Positions 13,968 to 27,049 of a stretch of DNA of 64,000 nucleotides are shown here, in pieces. A program made the position numbers and the translations under genes. The stretch lies in assembly GCA_023515725.1 (NCBI GenBank), contig JALDTO010000215.1, forward strand, positions 1 to 64,000, given 5' to 3'. This stretch comes from Amoeboaphelidium protococcarum X5 (taxonomy: Eukaryota > Fungi > Aphelidiomycota). How positions within the stretch are numbered: the stretch's first letter is position 1; every line of letters begins with the position of its first letter. A model generated the notes under the pieces. The model was not told where the DNA came from. It ran no database searches and saw only the letters and a list, made by a program, of their open reading frames with translations.

Positions 13968-14197
13968 ACGGATATACAGCAAAGATGATTGAGTTTGGCA
14001 CAGTAATAGATGCTCTTTATTATATCTTTTGAAATATTTCTATCCCCTATTAGATAAATTGAAATGATCATTTATAGCTTAACAATTTTCAAGTAGGCAA
14101 TATAATTATATTTTACACATTATCACTTTCATAATCCATCCTCCAGGGAGTAAGTTGGCTTGCCAAAACTGACGCATTACAGTATTTAAACATATGC

Positions 14198-15673
<1,476 letters not shown>

Positions 15674-15926
15674 GAAACTTACTTTAGTCTTTATTCGTAG
15701 TCATTTTTTAATTAAATGCGTCAAAAATTTGTAGAATTGAATCAACTATTTAAGGTTTACAGCTTTCGTAAAATGATCCGATGGCTTAACGTGAGTGGCT
15801 GATGAGCGATTGGTGTTGAAAGTTCAAAATCAGCCGAGCACTTCAAGATGAAACAACCTGTAGTTTTTAAAAGCAAATGACAAATTCTATATTGAAATAC
15901 TGTATGATAACTGCACATTTGGGCAA

Positions 15927-17033
15927 TCAATCGTCGCTAACGACATTATAATTGTAATCAGTTCCGAAAGCTTTAGCTTCCTCATATAGCCACTCATCCA
16001 TGGGATCGTTCTCACTTTAAAGAAATGACACGTCTGGATCAGCAGAGATATACCTCTCCTCATTAGCATGGAGGAGTGGGCGCCGCTGTGAGTTGGCGTC
16101 AAACAGGTCATTGTATCGCCTAAAATCAGTTCCATGGACAGTGTGCCTGAATTCCACAGACAAGTCTTTAGTGCCAAACGAGTCTCTGATGGCAAACTTG
16201 AGTGGCAGGCGACAGGCGCTTTTAGGCAGCGATGAGAATTCAGCTGTACTAAACGCGGACTGATGCGCTACGGCAGCGATCATCATCTCCAAGCATATAA
16301 TCCAATGTTAAATCTAAGACGCTGATCCATTGGATATAACATCAAGCTTCACCATTATAGAAATGACCACAGACTGCCAGAAGGAGAAGAAAAGCACCGC
16401 TTTTATGCATAGAAACTTTGGCCATGGTCGGAATGGCTCTAGATCAGGGCGCGCACTCATATAGAACATTACAAGGCTATACATGGATAACATGACGCTC
16501 AAGTTATACAATAGAGCCAGATAAATATATCCATTATCAGCAGCTATTAAGCCTTCTTCATAAACGCCATTAAGACGCAAAACAATTACTATAACAACAT
16601 GAATGGGTTTTACAATCACAAATTGAAGTATTCCACGCTTGAGAAGTATAAAATTGCCAAGTATTGAGAAATCCACAGGATTAAGAATGAGATTAAATGG
16701 AAAAGGATGAGGTGTTGGAAGTCTACCATCGTCCAGTTTCATGAGCAAAGCCACCTCTCCATCCAAGTAGCTCATCATCAAATTGAAAAACACCCACAAC
16801 ACAAACGCTTCGTAACAATCTCGTATAGGATCAAGAAATATAGATGCTTCATGGCTCCCAAATGATATCCAGGATGTTACTGCATAAATAAGCGGCATAA
16901 GCATTATCCTGACAATGCATCTTTGGACTTCAGGTCTTTTGTAACATTTCCATTGACCCCAGATACCATGCAGAGATATGACTAGTGCAGCGATAGCAAA
17001 TATTCCGGCAATCCAAAATGCTGCATTAACCAT
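15927..17033 (-). CDS. TMEM184/organic solute transporter alpha family protein
   Basis: RIMLMPLIYA, RDCYEAF, GILQFVIVKP, KFLCIKAVLFFSFWQ; continues through TAG/TAA to TGA 15929-15927. Confidence 0.88.
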
Positions 17034-17720
17034 TCTATACAGTATTGCTAAAATGGACGCTTAGTGAGAGATATATCTGATAGCTAACCGCAGTATCTAA
17101 ATAAGTGAAACAAGAAGGTAAAGAAACGCGAGAACAAAACACGACAAGAACGATTTTATAGAGCTCTCTGGCTTGTTCAATGATGATATGGCGTACTTAC
17201 CCTCACTCTATCGAACACCGTTCTTTAAGGAATCTAGTATCCACTGAGGAGAGACAATGTACAGCTGTTTTCCTTGAGCAAAATCACCGTGAAGTTTATG
17301 CATTTTGTTTTACGCAAGTTGAGTGCATACAATGTGCGTTACTGCTTCTTTTGAGTAGAATGATCTGACTGTACCTCCATTTTCACTTAGAGCATGTTTC
17401 AAGTCGTAATCTCGTACATTAGGCCCAAGATATCCTACATACTTGCACTAGTTAACAGTACTGATGATTGAGATTGAATACAATTAAGACTTACCGGTGA
17501 AATATACATAGACACCGCTGAATATTTTAGTTGAAGCGGGAGTAACTTGTTTACGCAGTTTTACTTGACGATCTTCAAAGTGCTTTCGCAACTTTATCCT
17601 TGCCTATCCGTTGACACGTTCTTCCGCTGAAACGTTGGTAGGATTATGGTAAACTTCCAGAGGATATTGCAACTAAGCCTGAGCTTTCGCGACTTTACTT
17701 GGCGTTCTATTTCTTCGCAT
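17034..17720 (-). CDS. Rev1-type single BRCT domain ORF, 1 intron; no TGA before the TMEM184 ATG
   Basis: HFEDRQVKLRKQ...IFSGVYVYFTG, intron ~17494-17435, ...ENGG...VTHIVCTQL...IVSPQWILDSLKNG..EGKY; start at 17720 (or 17801). Confidence 0.75.
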
Positions 17721-17866
17721 TTTAGTTGCAATGCTGGCAGAAACGGCAAAGTTGTAAAGCAGAGAGATTTTTCTGAATACAAACGCCATCGTTAGTTTCA
17801 TCTCGTGACTGTCATTTTTAAGTGCTCGCGAAAGAGGTTCATAATAAGTAGATCAACTGTTCAATA

Positions 17867-19085
17867 ATGGGAAATTCTACCAAGGTTTCGACAGCTATAG
17901 ACTTGGCTAGGAATACCGATGATCTTGATCTGAGCTATTGCGAATTGAAAAAGATGCCCCCTTAGGTACCATCGCCGTTTGGAGCGTGATGCGTTAGAAT
18001 ATGGTGATCTACAGTGTGCTTTGTATTGTAGGCATTCCTTTTGAAAAAAGTCAAAGTAATTAATGTTGCTGGTAATAAAATTAAAGACTTGACACAAGCT
18101 AGATTGGACAAATTTAAGCACTTAATCACGCTAGACGCTGCCGGTACTGTCCCAACGCTGCATTTTATAGTGATAATCATCTTATTCATTCACCTAGCTA
18201 TGTAGGAAATTGCATTTAGGAATTTCCCGCGTCTTTGCTGAGTGTCAAATCGCTGGTAACTTTGAATCTTGCATTCAATCAGATCAATACTCTTCCCACC
18301 GGGATTGGAACGTTGAAGCAACTAGTTTCGCTGGACTTGTCTGGCAATGTTTTGACATCTATTCCAACTGAAATCTCTTAGCTGTCTTCACTACAAGTTC
18401 TCAAGTTGGAAAAGAATCGTTTGACATCTTTACCTGCCTCTTTGTCATAGTTGACTGTAACTTGCTCCTTGCCGCTGTTAGTAAGCAGTAATCCATTTAG
18501 TGCATTATGTATGTAGGCCCTGTAAAAGTTGACGTTGCATGAGAATCAATTCTAAAGCATCCCAGCTGTCCTGGCGCAACTCAAATTATTTGAAATAAAC
18601 TTACAATAGAACTTGATATCCACCTTGGAGGTAATTTTAATTCAATTTGAACGCGTAATTATATTGTTAGATTGTAGCCTCAAATCGTGTTGGACTTGGC
18701 TAAATGCAAAGAAGTTCATGTCATAGATCTCAGGTATGTGATTTTCCGTGTTCCTCATCAAAACGGTATAAATTTGTGTAGTTATAATCGATTAAAAGCT
18801 GTGCCTACTGAAATTACAGAGTTGTTTCAATTGCGGGAATTAAATCTAATGTGAGTACTTCAAGTCTTCCGTATTCAATAGTAACACATCAATGTTGTCT
18901 TTGTAGGGGAAACAAGATTGTAACGTGGCCAAACAATACAAAGTCGCTTTTGTTTATCAAATATCAGTTTGAAGACGAGTAGGCACTAGATTAAGATAAT
19001 GTGAAATTCACCGTTACTGTTTATATGCTCTATGCTGTAGGAATAAGGAGCAGCTGTGGAGCAATTGACAGTGAGCATCCTGTGA
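17867..19085 (+). CDS. Leucine-rich repeat protein, LRRC57-like, about 7 short introns
   Basis: MGNSTKVS (myristoylation-type start), LDLSYCEL, LNLAFNQINTLP, LDLSGNVLTSIP, LKLEKNRLTSLP; 3' end approximate. Confidence 0.75.
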
Positions 19086-19210
19086 ATCTGATTGAAGGCC
19101 AGCAATAGAATGCCCCCTCGGTCACGCGTTTACAGTGTTTTACTTCTTTCATTTCAAACAATATTCAGTCATTTTACATTATCAATATATATCATATACC
19201 ACACTAATTA

Positions 19211-19816
19211 ATGAGCTCAATAGACGCAAAGATTGTGATAGTCGGGTCTGCATCGGTTGGCAAGTCTTCTATTGCGAAGCGATTCGTACGAAATGAATAC
19301 AGTGGGGATCGCGTTGCCACCATTGGAGCTGCATTGCTTACAAAGACTCTTAATCTGTAAGGCAATATTATAAATATGTAAATCTGGGACACTGCTGGGC
19401 AGGAACAGTATCGATCACTTACGCCACTATACTACAGGAATGCGATGGGAGCTATAGCTGTATTTGACGCGAGCAAACCAGAGACTATAACTGATTTGCG
19501 ATATTGGCTACGGCAGTTGGCAATTAATCAAATTCCTATAGTGTCAATAGTTGGTAATAAATGTGACCTCATAGACACGGATTAATAATTGGATATTGTT
19601 TAGAGTGCCAAGGATTGCTTACGGTTAGAGGAAGATCAAAAAATTTATTTTACATCAGCATTGACAGGAGAGGGCGTTGAATAGATATTTTTAACACTTG
19701 CATAGCTGATATGTAAGAAAGAAGGTGTGACTCTGCGCGAAAGCTAAAAGAATCTTTAAATTGTTGATCTTTAGAATACACAGTAGAGTGACAAGACGCG
19801 TTGCTGCTTCCTGTGA
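19211..19816 (+). CDS. Rab family small GTPase, divergent Rab5/Ypt5-like
   Basis: GSASVGKS, TIGAA, WDTAGQE, YYRNA, GNKCD, TSA; C-terminal CCFL-TGA. Confidence 0.9.
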
Positions 19817-20543
19817 TAACAACCTTTAGTGATCAGACTGGTTAACGATTAAGATGTGATGAATTCAATAAATGTCGTTATTGCACAGAAAGACTGTGTG
19901 TATCTGCTTTGACCAACGATAGCTTTATGCACGAAAGTACCGTAACAATGGCAGAAATTTTATTTTGGTCGAAAATTTGAAATTGTAAATCATAGATGGA
20001 CTGCAATTACTAAAAATTGACCTTTGTTGGGATGAAATGAAAGAATCGCGCGATCTAATCTCTTGTCAATCGCTCAGTATAATGCACGCAACGAGCCTGG
20101 AGGCTGACAAAGTAGTAGGAGGCAGTGTAACGGGATCGATAGTTATGCCAATTATTAATTTAGTCTAAAGGGTCATTAGGAAGAGAATAATGGCGTTGAT
20201 CGATCTGCGCCGCTATTGCCACCAACAATCCACAGACTAATGAAGGCAAACTATGCCGATCAAGAAATCAAGAACCAACGGATAGACAACACAACGCGAT
20301 GAACTTGCAATCTTTTAATAACATACGGTAATTGCTGTGGTTTAATACTTACAAACATACTATTATTTAAAGACGCCACTGAGAATATACTTTGACTCGA
20401 CGAAACGCGTATAAGAAGATTGATTCTTCGCTTATCCACAGCAAATTCTGTGTAAAGACTGCATCGTACCAAAAATAGCGTGGAATACCGCGTCTCAAAT
20501 AACACCGTAAGTCCTATAAATCAAGCAAACTGCTTTTAAATTC

Positions 20544-20549
20544 AAAAAA
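20544..20549 (-). terminator. RNA polymerase III oligo-T terminator of tRNA-Glu
   Basis: T6 run on the minus strand 3 nt downstream of the tRNA 3' end. Confidence 0.7.
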
Positions 20550-20552
20550 TAA

Positions 20553-20624
20553 CTCCCAATCGGAGAATCGAACTCCGGCCACTTCGGTGAGAGCGAAGGA
20601 TCCTAACCACTGGACCAATTGGGT
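20553..20624 (-). tRNA. tRNA-Glu(CUC)
   Basis: Cloverleaf ACCCAAT-TG-GTCC-AGTGGTTA-GGAT-C-CTTCG-CTCTCAC-CGAAG-TGGC-CGGAG-TTCGATT-CTCCG-ATTGGGA-G; anticodon at 20591-20589. Confidence 0.93.
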
Positions 20625-21199
20625 AACTGCTTTTCGATTGCTTTGTATTATACCGAAGCAACTATCGTTGTTGATTGAAAATCCTCACTGTTGAAGCCTC
20701 ATGTTTCAGCCAAAGCCTGTCCTCTTTTGCTTGTCATGTACTGCATGTATGAACTCTGCTTAGGTGTCCTTACCGCCTCCAAGCGTAATAATAGCTCATC
20801 TGGTGGTAACGATAGAAAAATGATATAGCGCGCTTCATCAATGTCATGTTATGTAGTAATCACGATTATGGCACTACATCATCGATTATTAATGTTGTCA
20901 TCTGAGGAGCGGTGTAACTGCATGCGTATTCTAATCTCAGATGACAGTAACACAGAGTGACTATGAGCCAATAGACTATTCTCATTTCGATCGGAATCTC
21001 TCAATGATCGTATCTGACACGATCATCCACTATTCGGTGTAACTTGCTGTGTAACATGCAACCTGACATGACTTGTGGTATAAATTGAGCAGATGACTAT
21101 TCTCACTTCTCTTTTCTATATAAATAAATAATATAACTTATTAATATCAAATATATACGTGATATACTAATATACTATACAATACAATCTATATATAAA

Positions 21200-21652
21200 A
21201 TGAGAGTTTAACTATTTGCAACTGCTATTCTGTCTCTGTCCGTTTATTAATGCGCGCCAATTATCGGTGGTGATCTACTGTCTAATGTGTAAAATCTGGC
21301 TGGCGGTGTGACTGGTGGTGCTTTAAAGCCTAATGGAGGAGGAATGGGTGTACCTGGCGATATCACTGGAGTTGCCGACAAAGTCCTCGGTAATTTCCAG
21401 TCCTATCTCAGTCACGGTGGTGTCAACTCGTTGTAACAATTACTGGGTGGCTAGTAGGGAATGGATGCATGGGGCGGGCTGTTGTCTGGCCTTAGTAATT
21501 TATTGACCCAGCAGGGTACTGGTGCTGCAAGTCCACAAGGCCTTCTGAACGGATTGACGTAGCAAGGTCCAGCTGCTTCAGCTGGAAGTTCCGCCAATTC
21601 AAAGTCACCTTCCACTCCTCCTCAGAACGCGTATGCTGCTTAATCTGCATGA
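21200..21652 (+). CDS. Small secreted Gly/Gln/Leu-rich protein SP1 (150 aa)
   Basis: MRVQLFATAILSLSVYQC-APIIGG signal peptide; open to TGA with TAR=Gln; absent from the ORF track. Confidence 0.8.
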
Positions 21653-22112
21653 TTGTCAGATTCAGTTTATTTTGAATGATGACTCAGAAATACATAGTTT
21701 TTTAATCAATACTTTTAAATCTTGATCGATTTTTCTAACAGATCGTGTTGTTTCAACTTTTGCATGTTTGGAGCGTTGTCGATTAAAGTTCAATTGGTTA
21801 AAATTTGGTTGAGCACAACACTATCAATTCTGGCATCCTGTTAAAGTTTGGTAGTTGAAGCCAAGGTATAGCAAAGAATTTGTCAGTGCCTTAATAAGTT
21901 TTGCAGTGTGCACCGACTAGGTGAATGTGATCTTACTAGAGACTTACAGTAAATCAATTCTTGTGTGACAGTCTTGGTCACATTAATATGAATTGTATCC
22001 AATCAAAGGGAATATGATCTATTAAAGATTTAACTATCCCATGGCTGCTGTTTCCTCTCTTCTCTGTATAAGTTTGATTCCAGTCTATATCTGATATTAT
22101 TCCACATACAAA

Positions 22113-22799
22113 ATGAAAGTGTGCATTATTGTTGCGTCCTGTCTCCTGTACTGTGGCGTCAATTCTCTCCCTCAAAGTTTACCTGCTCTTGGCGAGTCAA
22201 TCCCCGGAATTGTTAATGGTGCCGTTAATCGTGACTGGGGTAGTATGACTTCATCAATCTTAGATACTGTATCCAATGGTATGGCAGGTGGTGGCATCAA
22301 ATCTGGTGGTTCAAAGTGGGGCTCTGGCTCTGGCTCGGAATCAGGCACTTAAGCTGAGTCTATGGTGCAAAGTATGCAGGACGCGGCTGATGCAAGATTC
22401 TCTGGAGAGCCCTTTTCCTCGTCTGCAGGCTAGACTTCACGCTTTGATGCAAGCGCGGGTGCTCAAGCAATGGCCACTGGTATTGAGGACATGTCTGAGA
22501 GCAGATTTTCTGGCAGTCCATCTTCATCTCCTAGTTTCGGTATTGATGGTACTTCATCTGCTGCAGATGGTGTCTCCGGCATTGAATCTCGCGCAGGTAG
22601 TAGATTTGGCGATTCTGACTCTGGGTCGTCTCCTTCGAGATCTTCTAGTCTTGGCTCTGACTCATCTTCTTCAGGACTCGGCTCTGGCAGTCGTGGATTT
22701 GATGGTGGGTCTGGTGATGGAGGATTTGGCGGGAGGTCAGGCGGAGAATCAAGCGGCGGTGGCAGCGGTGGAAGTAAAGGCGGCAGATTTTCGGACTGA
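22113..22799 (+). CDS. Secreted Ser/Gly-rich repeat protein SP2 (family A)
   Basis: Signal peptide MKVCIIVASCLLYCGVNS-LPQ; three ~30-aa repeats ending ARFS/SRFS/SRFG; paralog of 24679. Confidence 0.85.
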
Positions 22800-23641
22800 A
22801 GATGTGATTAAAAGGAAAATCATCTTTGTAATTAAGACTAATAAATATCAACATAATTTTTAATAGTCTCAGCTTTAGATACTTTAATTATTGCCATTTC
22901 TGCAGGCTCTCTCTCTCTTATTTTTATTGAAAGGTGACGCGTGAATAGCGAAATAATTATAGAGTTTCTCTCATATTTTACAAAGTGTAACGTCTCGCGA
23001 TGTTCAGTAAAGACACACAAAAGTTAGTGAGATGAAGATGGCTTTGGCATTTATCACCTTGGCTGCGGAGATTGTCTTTCAATGCAAGGCCCTACACAAA
23101 ATATTTACGATAACTAATTCGTCATTGGTGTTTTGTCGTTAGAGTCTCTATGGCGTTGATTATGTGTTTGGTGATATATTCTTCACTGTGGCGTATCTAG
23201 CGGTACGCAAGGGTACGCACAGTGTACTAAAAAAATTGGGATTAGACACTTCTACTAGCCAATTTTCTACCTGATTCTGGATATCTCTTGGGATAAACTT
23301 TTTTTACGTGGGTGTGCGTACCTGGATATTGAAAGCTAGTTACGCCACTGATTCTTCATATGCAAGTCTACAATGTGATAGTTGGGTATGGTTATTACAT
23401 GAATAGTATCTGCTTGGAGATTTTGGTCTATGGCGTGTGAGATGCTACATCGATTCAATATAAACTCACTTACGATTGGCTTGGATGATTTGTGTAACGT
23501 TCTTAGGTCTGTAGCACAAACTGTATCCAATCTCCGTATACCTCGGCACACTTTAAAAGCATCCTGGCTACCAAGTATCTCTTCTTCTTCAATTAAAACA
23601 CATCTATTTATCCTATTTATATCTGCTATCTGAAACTGGTC

Positions 23642-23989
23642 ATGAGATTGTCTATCATCATTGTGTCTGCTCTGTTGGCTATCGGCGTGCAATCTATACC
23701 GCAAAGATCTGGTAGTCGCGGTCGCACTAGTGGTAACTCGATGCAAAGGGGAATGTCTGGTGGAAGGACCGGAAGCGCTAACTCTCGTACGACGCGACCC
23801 AGTGCTGATGCAGGAAGTATGGTTCGAAGGATGGAGAGTGCTGCCAACGACAGATTCTCCGGAAACTCAGGATCTCTATCTGCAAGCAGATCGTCGAGAA
23901 GCTCTAGTTCAAGGCCTAGTGGTGGGTTTTCTTCCGGTGAAAGTGGTGTTTCTTCGATTGCGTCTCGTGTGAGCAGCAGATTTGATTGA
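23642..23989 (+). CDS. Secreted Ser/Arg/Gly-rich protein SP3 (family A, short cationic member)
   Basis: Signal peptide MRLSIIIVSALLAIGVQS-IPQ; SMVRRMESAANDRFSG and GVSSIASRVSSRFD match family A repeats. Confidence 0.85.
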   Translation: MRLSIIIVSALLAIGVQSIPQRSGSRGRTSGNSMQRGMSGGRTGSANSRTTRPSADAGSMVRRMESAANDRFSGNSGSLSASRSSRSSSSRPSGGFSSGESGVSSIASRVSSRFD

Positions 23990-24678
23990 TGCCGATTGAT
24001 TATGTTGTCAAAATGATACCCTTGAAATTAAAATTTAAAAGTAATTCTTGTATTTCAAATATATACTACGATGACCCATCAACGTTTTTATTCTGTTTTC
24101 TAAAGATTCTTTATATGATACTTCGGAAGAATATGAATTACAATCCGGTAGTATGTGCTGGTTTTTAGTGCAGTTTATATCTGCCAAATTAAGAGTAGAT
24201 GTTTTCTGGTGCTACGTTAAGACTTAACTTTGTAATAAGCACTTAAATATGACGTGCCACAGCGATACATTTGATATATTACTTTGCAGATGCTCTCTCT
24301 ACTGTAATTATCAAGTGTGTGGTAATACGCGTGAAACTACTAAATAAATCAATGCTCTTCATTTCGTCTACTTCACTTGTATAGGATAGTAATAGCGCGT
24401 AAGAGGATGATAATTTAGATTGTGGGCACTATAGCGTCTGATGGTATCGTAGTTGACTCCTTGGTATGACAATTATTACACTTAATTGCACAGGATGGAT
24501 TTGTATTCAGTTCGTGCTACGTGGTGTCATTGCAAATTATTTACCATTGGGCAAGCATGATTTGCACAACCTTCTAAGACACGGATCACACGCTGCAATT
24601 TGTGCTCAAAAGCATCTGGGCTATTGAATTACTTCTATTCTCTGAGTTTAATCATACTGTATATTTAATTTAATAATC

Positions 24679-25605
24679 ATGAAATTGTCAATAACTATTG
24701 CTTCTGTGTTAGTATCCCTGGGTGTGTACTCTTTACCTCAAGGACGGGGATGGGGCGAGTCCATATCTGGTATTCCCGCCGGGGCTATGTCGCAGGATTG
24801 GGGTGGTATGAGCTAGTCCATTCAAGACACCGCGTCCAATGGTATTTCAGCTTAAGGTACCTCTGCTACGACTACCGGTCAGTAACAGTCTGATTCTCGA
24901 GCTGCAAGCATGGTTCAAGGTATGGAGGACGCTGCTAATGCAAGATTCTCCGACAGTCCAGCATCTCAATTCGCTGGCAGGCCATCCAGCTTCGACGCCT
25001 CTTCAGGTGCTGAGTCTATGGCAACTGGCATCGAGAATAGTGCTGGATCTCGATGGTCGGGTAGTCCGTCTGGGCCCTCTAGTTTTGGTATTGCAGGCGC
25101 ACCATCCGCAGCTGATGGCGTGGCTTCAATTGCATCTCGTACTGGGAGTAGGTTTGGTGACTCTGATCCAAGTAGCGGAAGATTTGCGTCATTAACATCT
25201 CGCGATTCAGATTCATCTTCAGGATCTTTTGGTCCCAGCTCAAAGCCATCATCCTCGTTCTCATCAGATGGCCCCAGCTAAAATGTAGGCAGCAGTGATA
25301 GTAAAGCAAGTAGTGCAGTGGTGAGTAAAGGTGATAGCATCGGGGGCACGAAAGCATCTTCATCATTGTCATCAGGAGGTCCTCCAAGCAGTAGTAGCGG
25401 CATCTCTAGTTCAAGTACAGGCTCTGGCCCGGGAAAGAGCGCAAGTTCTAGTATTGGTGGCGGATCTAGCCCAAGTGGAAGCCCAAGCAGTAGCGGGTCA
25501 GGAAGTGGGTCAGGAAGTGGATCGGGAAGTGGATCTGGAAGTGGATCTGGTAGTGGGTCTGGAAGTGGATCAGGAGGAGGTAAAGGCTCCAAAGGCGGGG
25601 ATTGA
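24679..25605 (+). CDS. Secreted Ser/Gly-rich repeat protein SP4 with (GS)n tail (family A)
   Basis: Signal peptide MKLSITIASVLVSLGVYS-LPQ; SMVQGMEDAANARFS repeats; joins ORF fragments 24910 and 25318; TGA 25603-25605. Confidence 0.85.
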
Positions 25606-26123
25606 ACTCAATGTGCTATGTAATTAAAATTTATTGTAAGTTTATTAATGGGATATTGTTTTTACTGGTATTTTTTAACATTTTCGATTGAACTATAAGT
25701 TGGGAGAGTTCAACTAAAGTTTTCAAGTACAGTGGTATTGCCGTTGTCCCATTTTACCAATGCTCGGTTAGCACTGTGTCTAGATATGATTCGTCCATTT
25801 TGGCAATTCTATGATTGAGACAAAGCTTATTCTAGATGTATGTTTAACACTGCAATTTTAGTAAAATGGGCTCAAATACAAGAGTTGTAAAATTGCGGAG
25901 TGAACCGTGTTTGAAGATGCCAAAGTGTCATGATCGCATAGCATGCACTCTTATCAGGCCATTGAAAAATATTTTGGTCATATTTTAACCATCTACTACC
26001 TTATGATAGAATGCAGTGCATTTGCTGTGGCTTCTTACCACCTGCAACATGCCAAGGCTCGGCTGTCACGCGTGCCTCTGCCCGACTCGTGTCGTTGACT
26101 GATCATCTATGCGTGCTGTAGCA

Positions 26124-26150
26124 TGTAACTTTGTCGAATTGCTATAAAAG
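26124..26150 (+). promoter_or_regulatory. TGTAAC + TATAAAAG core promoter of SP5 (same arrangement upstream of SP6-SP9)
   Basis: TGTAAC starts 19-21 nt before TATAAA/TTTAAAAG at 26124, 28724, 30395, 31508 and 33641. Confidence 0.6.
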
Positions 26151-26253
26151 GCGGCCTATGGTATGAAATCTTTTATTCCTCTTACCTATCAATTTAATTA
26201 ATATCTAATCTAATTGTACTATTGTTAATTCATACCTATTCCTAATCTCGAAA

Positions 26254-26679
26254 ATGAAATTGTCTGCTTATTTAATTGCATCTGTTTGCGTCCTATCAAC
26301 TTCTGTTATGTCCGCTCCTACTCTGGGCCATTTGTGGCATGGAGGCCTGTGGCATGGAGGAGGCCATGGATCTCTGAACATTGACATCAATGGCGGCGGA
26401 GGCGGAGGTGGTGGATCTGGCAGTGGAGATGCGAATGCCTAAGCCGGTGCTTCTGCATATCAATCTGGCAGCGCGTCAGCTAATGCACAAGCCTCTGCTG
26501 GCCCTGCCCCTGCTCCTGCTGCTGAAGCAAGTGGTGGAGGAGGAGGAGGTGGATCCTTCTCTATCAGCGGTGGCGGCGGCGGTGGTGGCGGCCTCGGTGG
26601 AGGTGGCGGCGGAGGATCCCTATCGATTAGTGGTGGTGGCGGTGGTGGAGCAAGAGCAAGCCCATATGGCCCACACTGA
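26254..26679 (+). CDS. Secreted Gly-rich, His/Trp-tipped protein SP5 (family B)
   Basis: Signal peptide, APTLGHLWHGGLWHGG, poly-Gly blocks separated by SLSIS, C-terminal SPYGPH-TGA. Confidence 0.85.
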
Positions 26680-27049
26680 TTGTCCTCTTAAAGCGATGTC
26701 ATTAATGAATGACCATGATTTAAATAATATTTTAATTTTAATCTTGTGATATCTACTATGTAATCTTCTCCATTATTTTTCGTAAGCTGTAACTCTTTTT
26801 ATAACTGATCAACGCAGGCTTCAGGGATAACCTTTTATGAACAACAGTCTTTTTACTGAGAAACTGTTGAGCTGAAACCGTTTTGACGCGTTTCATTCAC
26901 TTACTCGCTCTCTTTATCACACAAGACTTGAAATAATTGTAAATATACTTGTTTATACTAGATGGTGACAATTTTTCAATGATAGTTCCTAGAAATGCAA
27001 ATAATTAGTTTTCACCTCAGTCTGAGTGCTATGTGACTCGTAACAATTG

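Noticed and set aside
20553-20624. Suppressor tRNA decoding TAG/TAA
   Set aside because: The anticodon is CTC (Glu), not CTA or TTA
22470-25200. RFamide neuropeptide-like precursors (RFG/RFS motifs)
   Set aside because: No dibasic cleavage sites follow RF-G, and most copies are RFS
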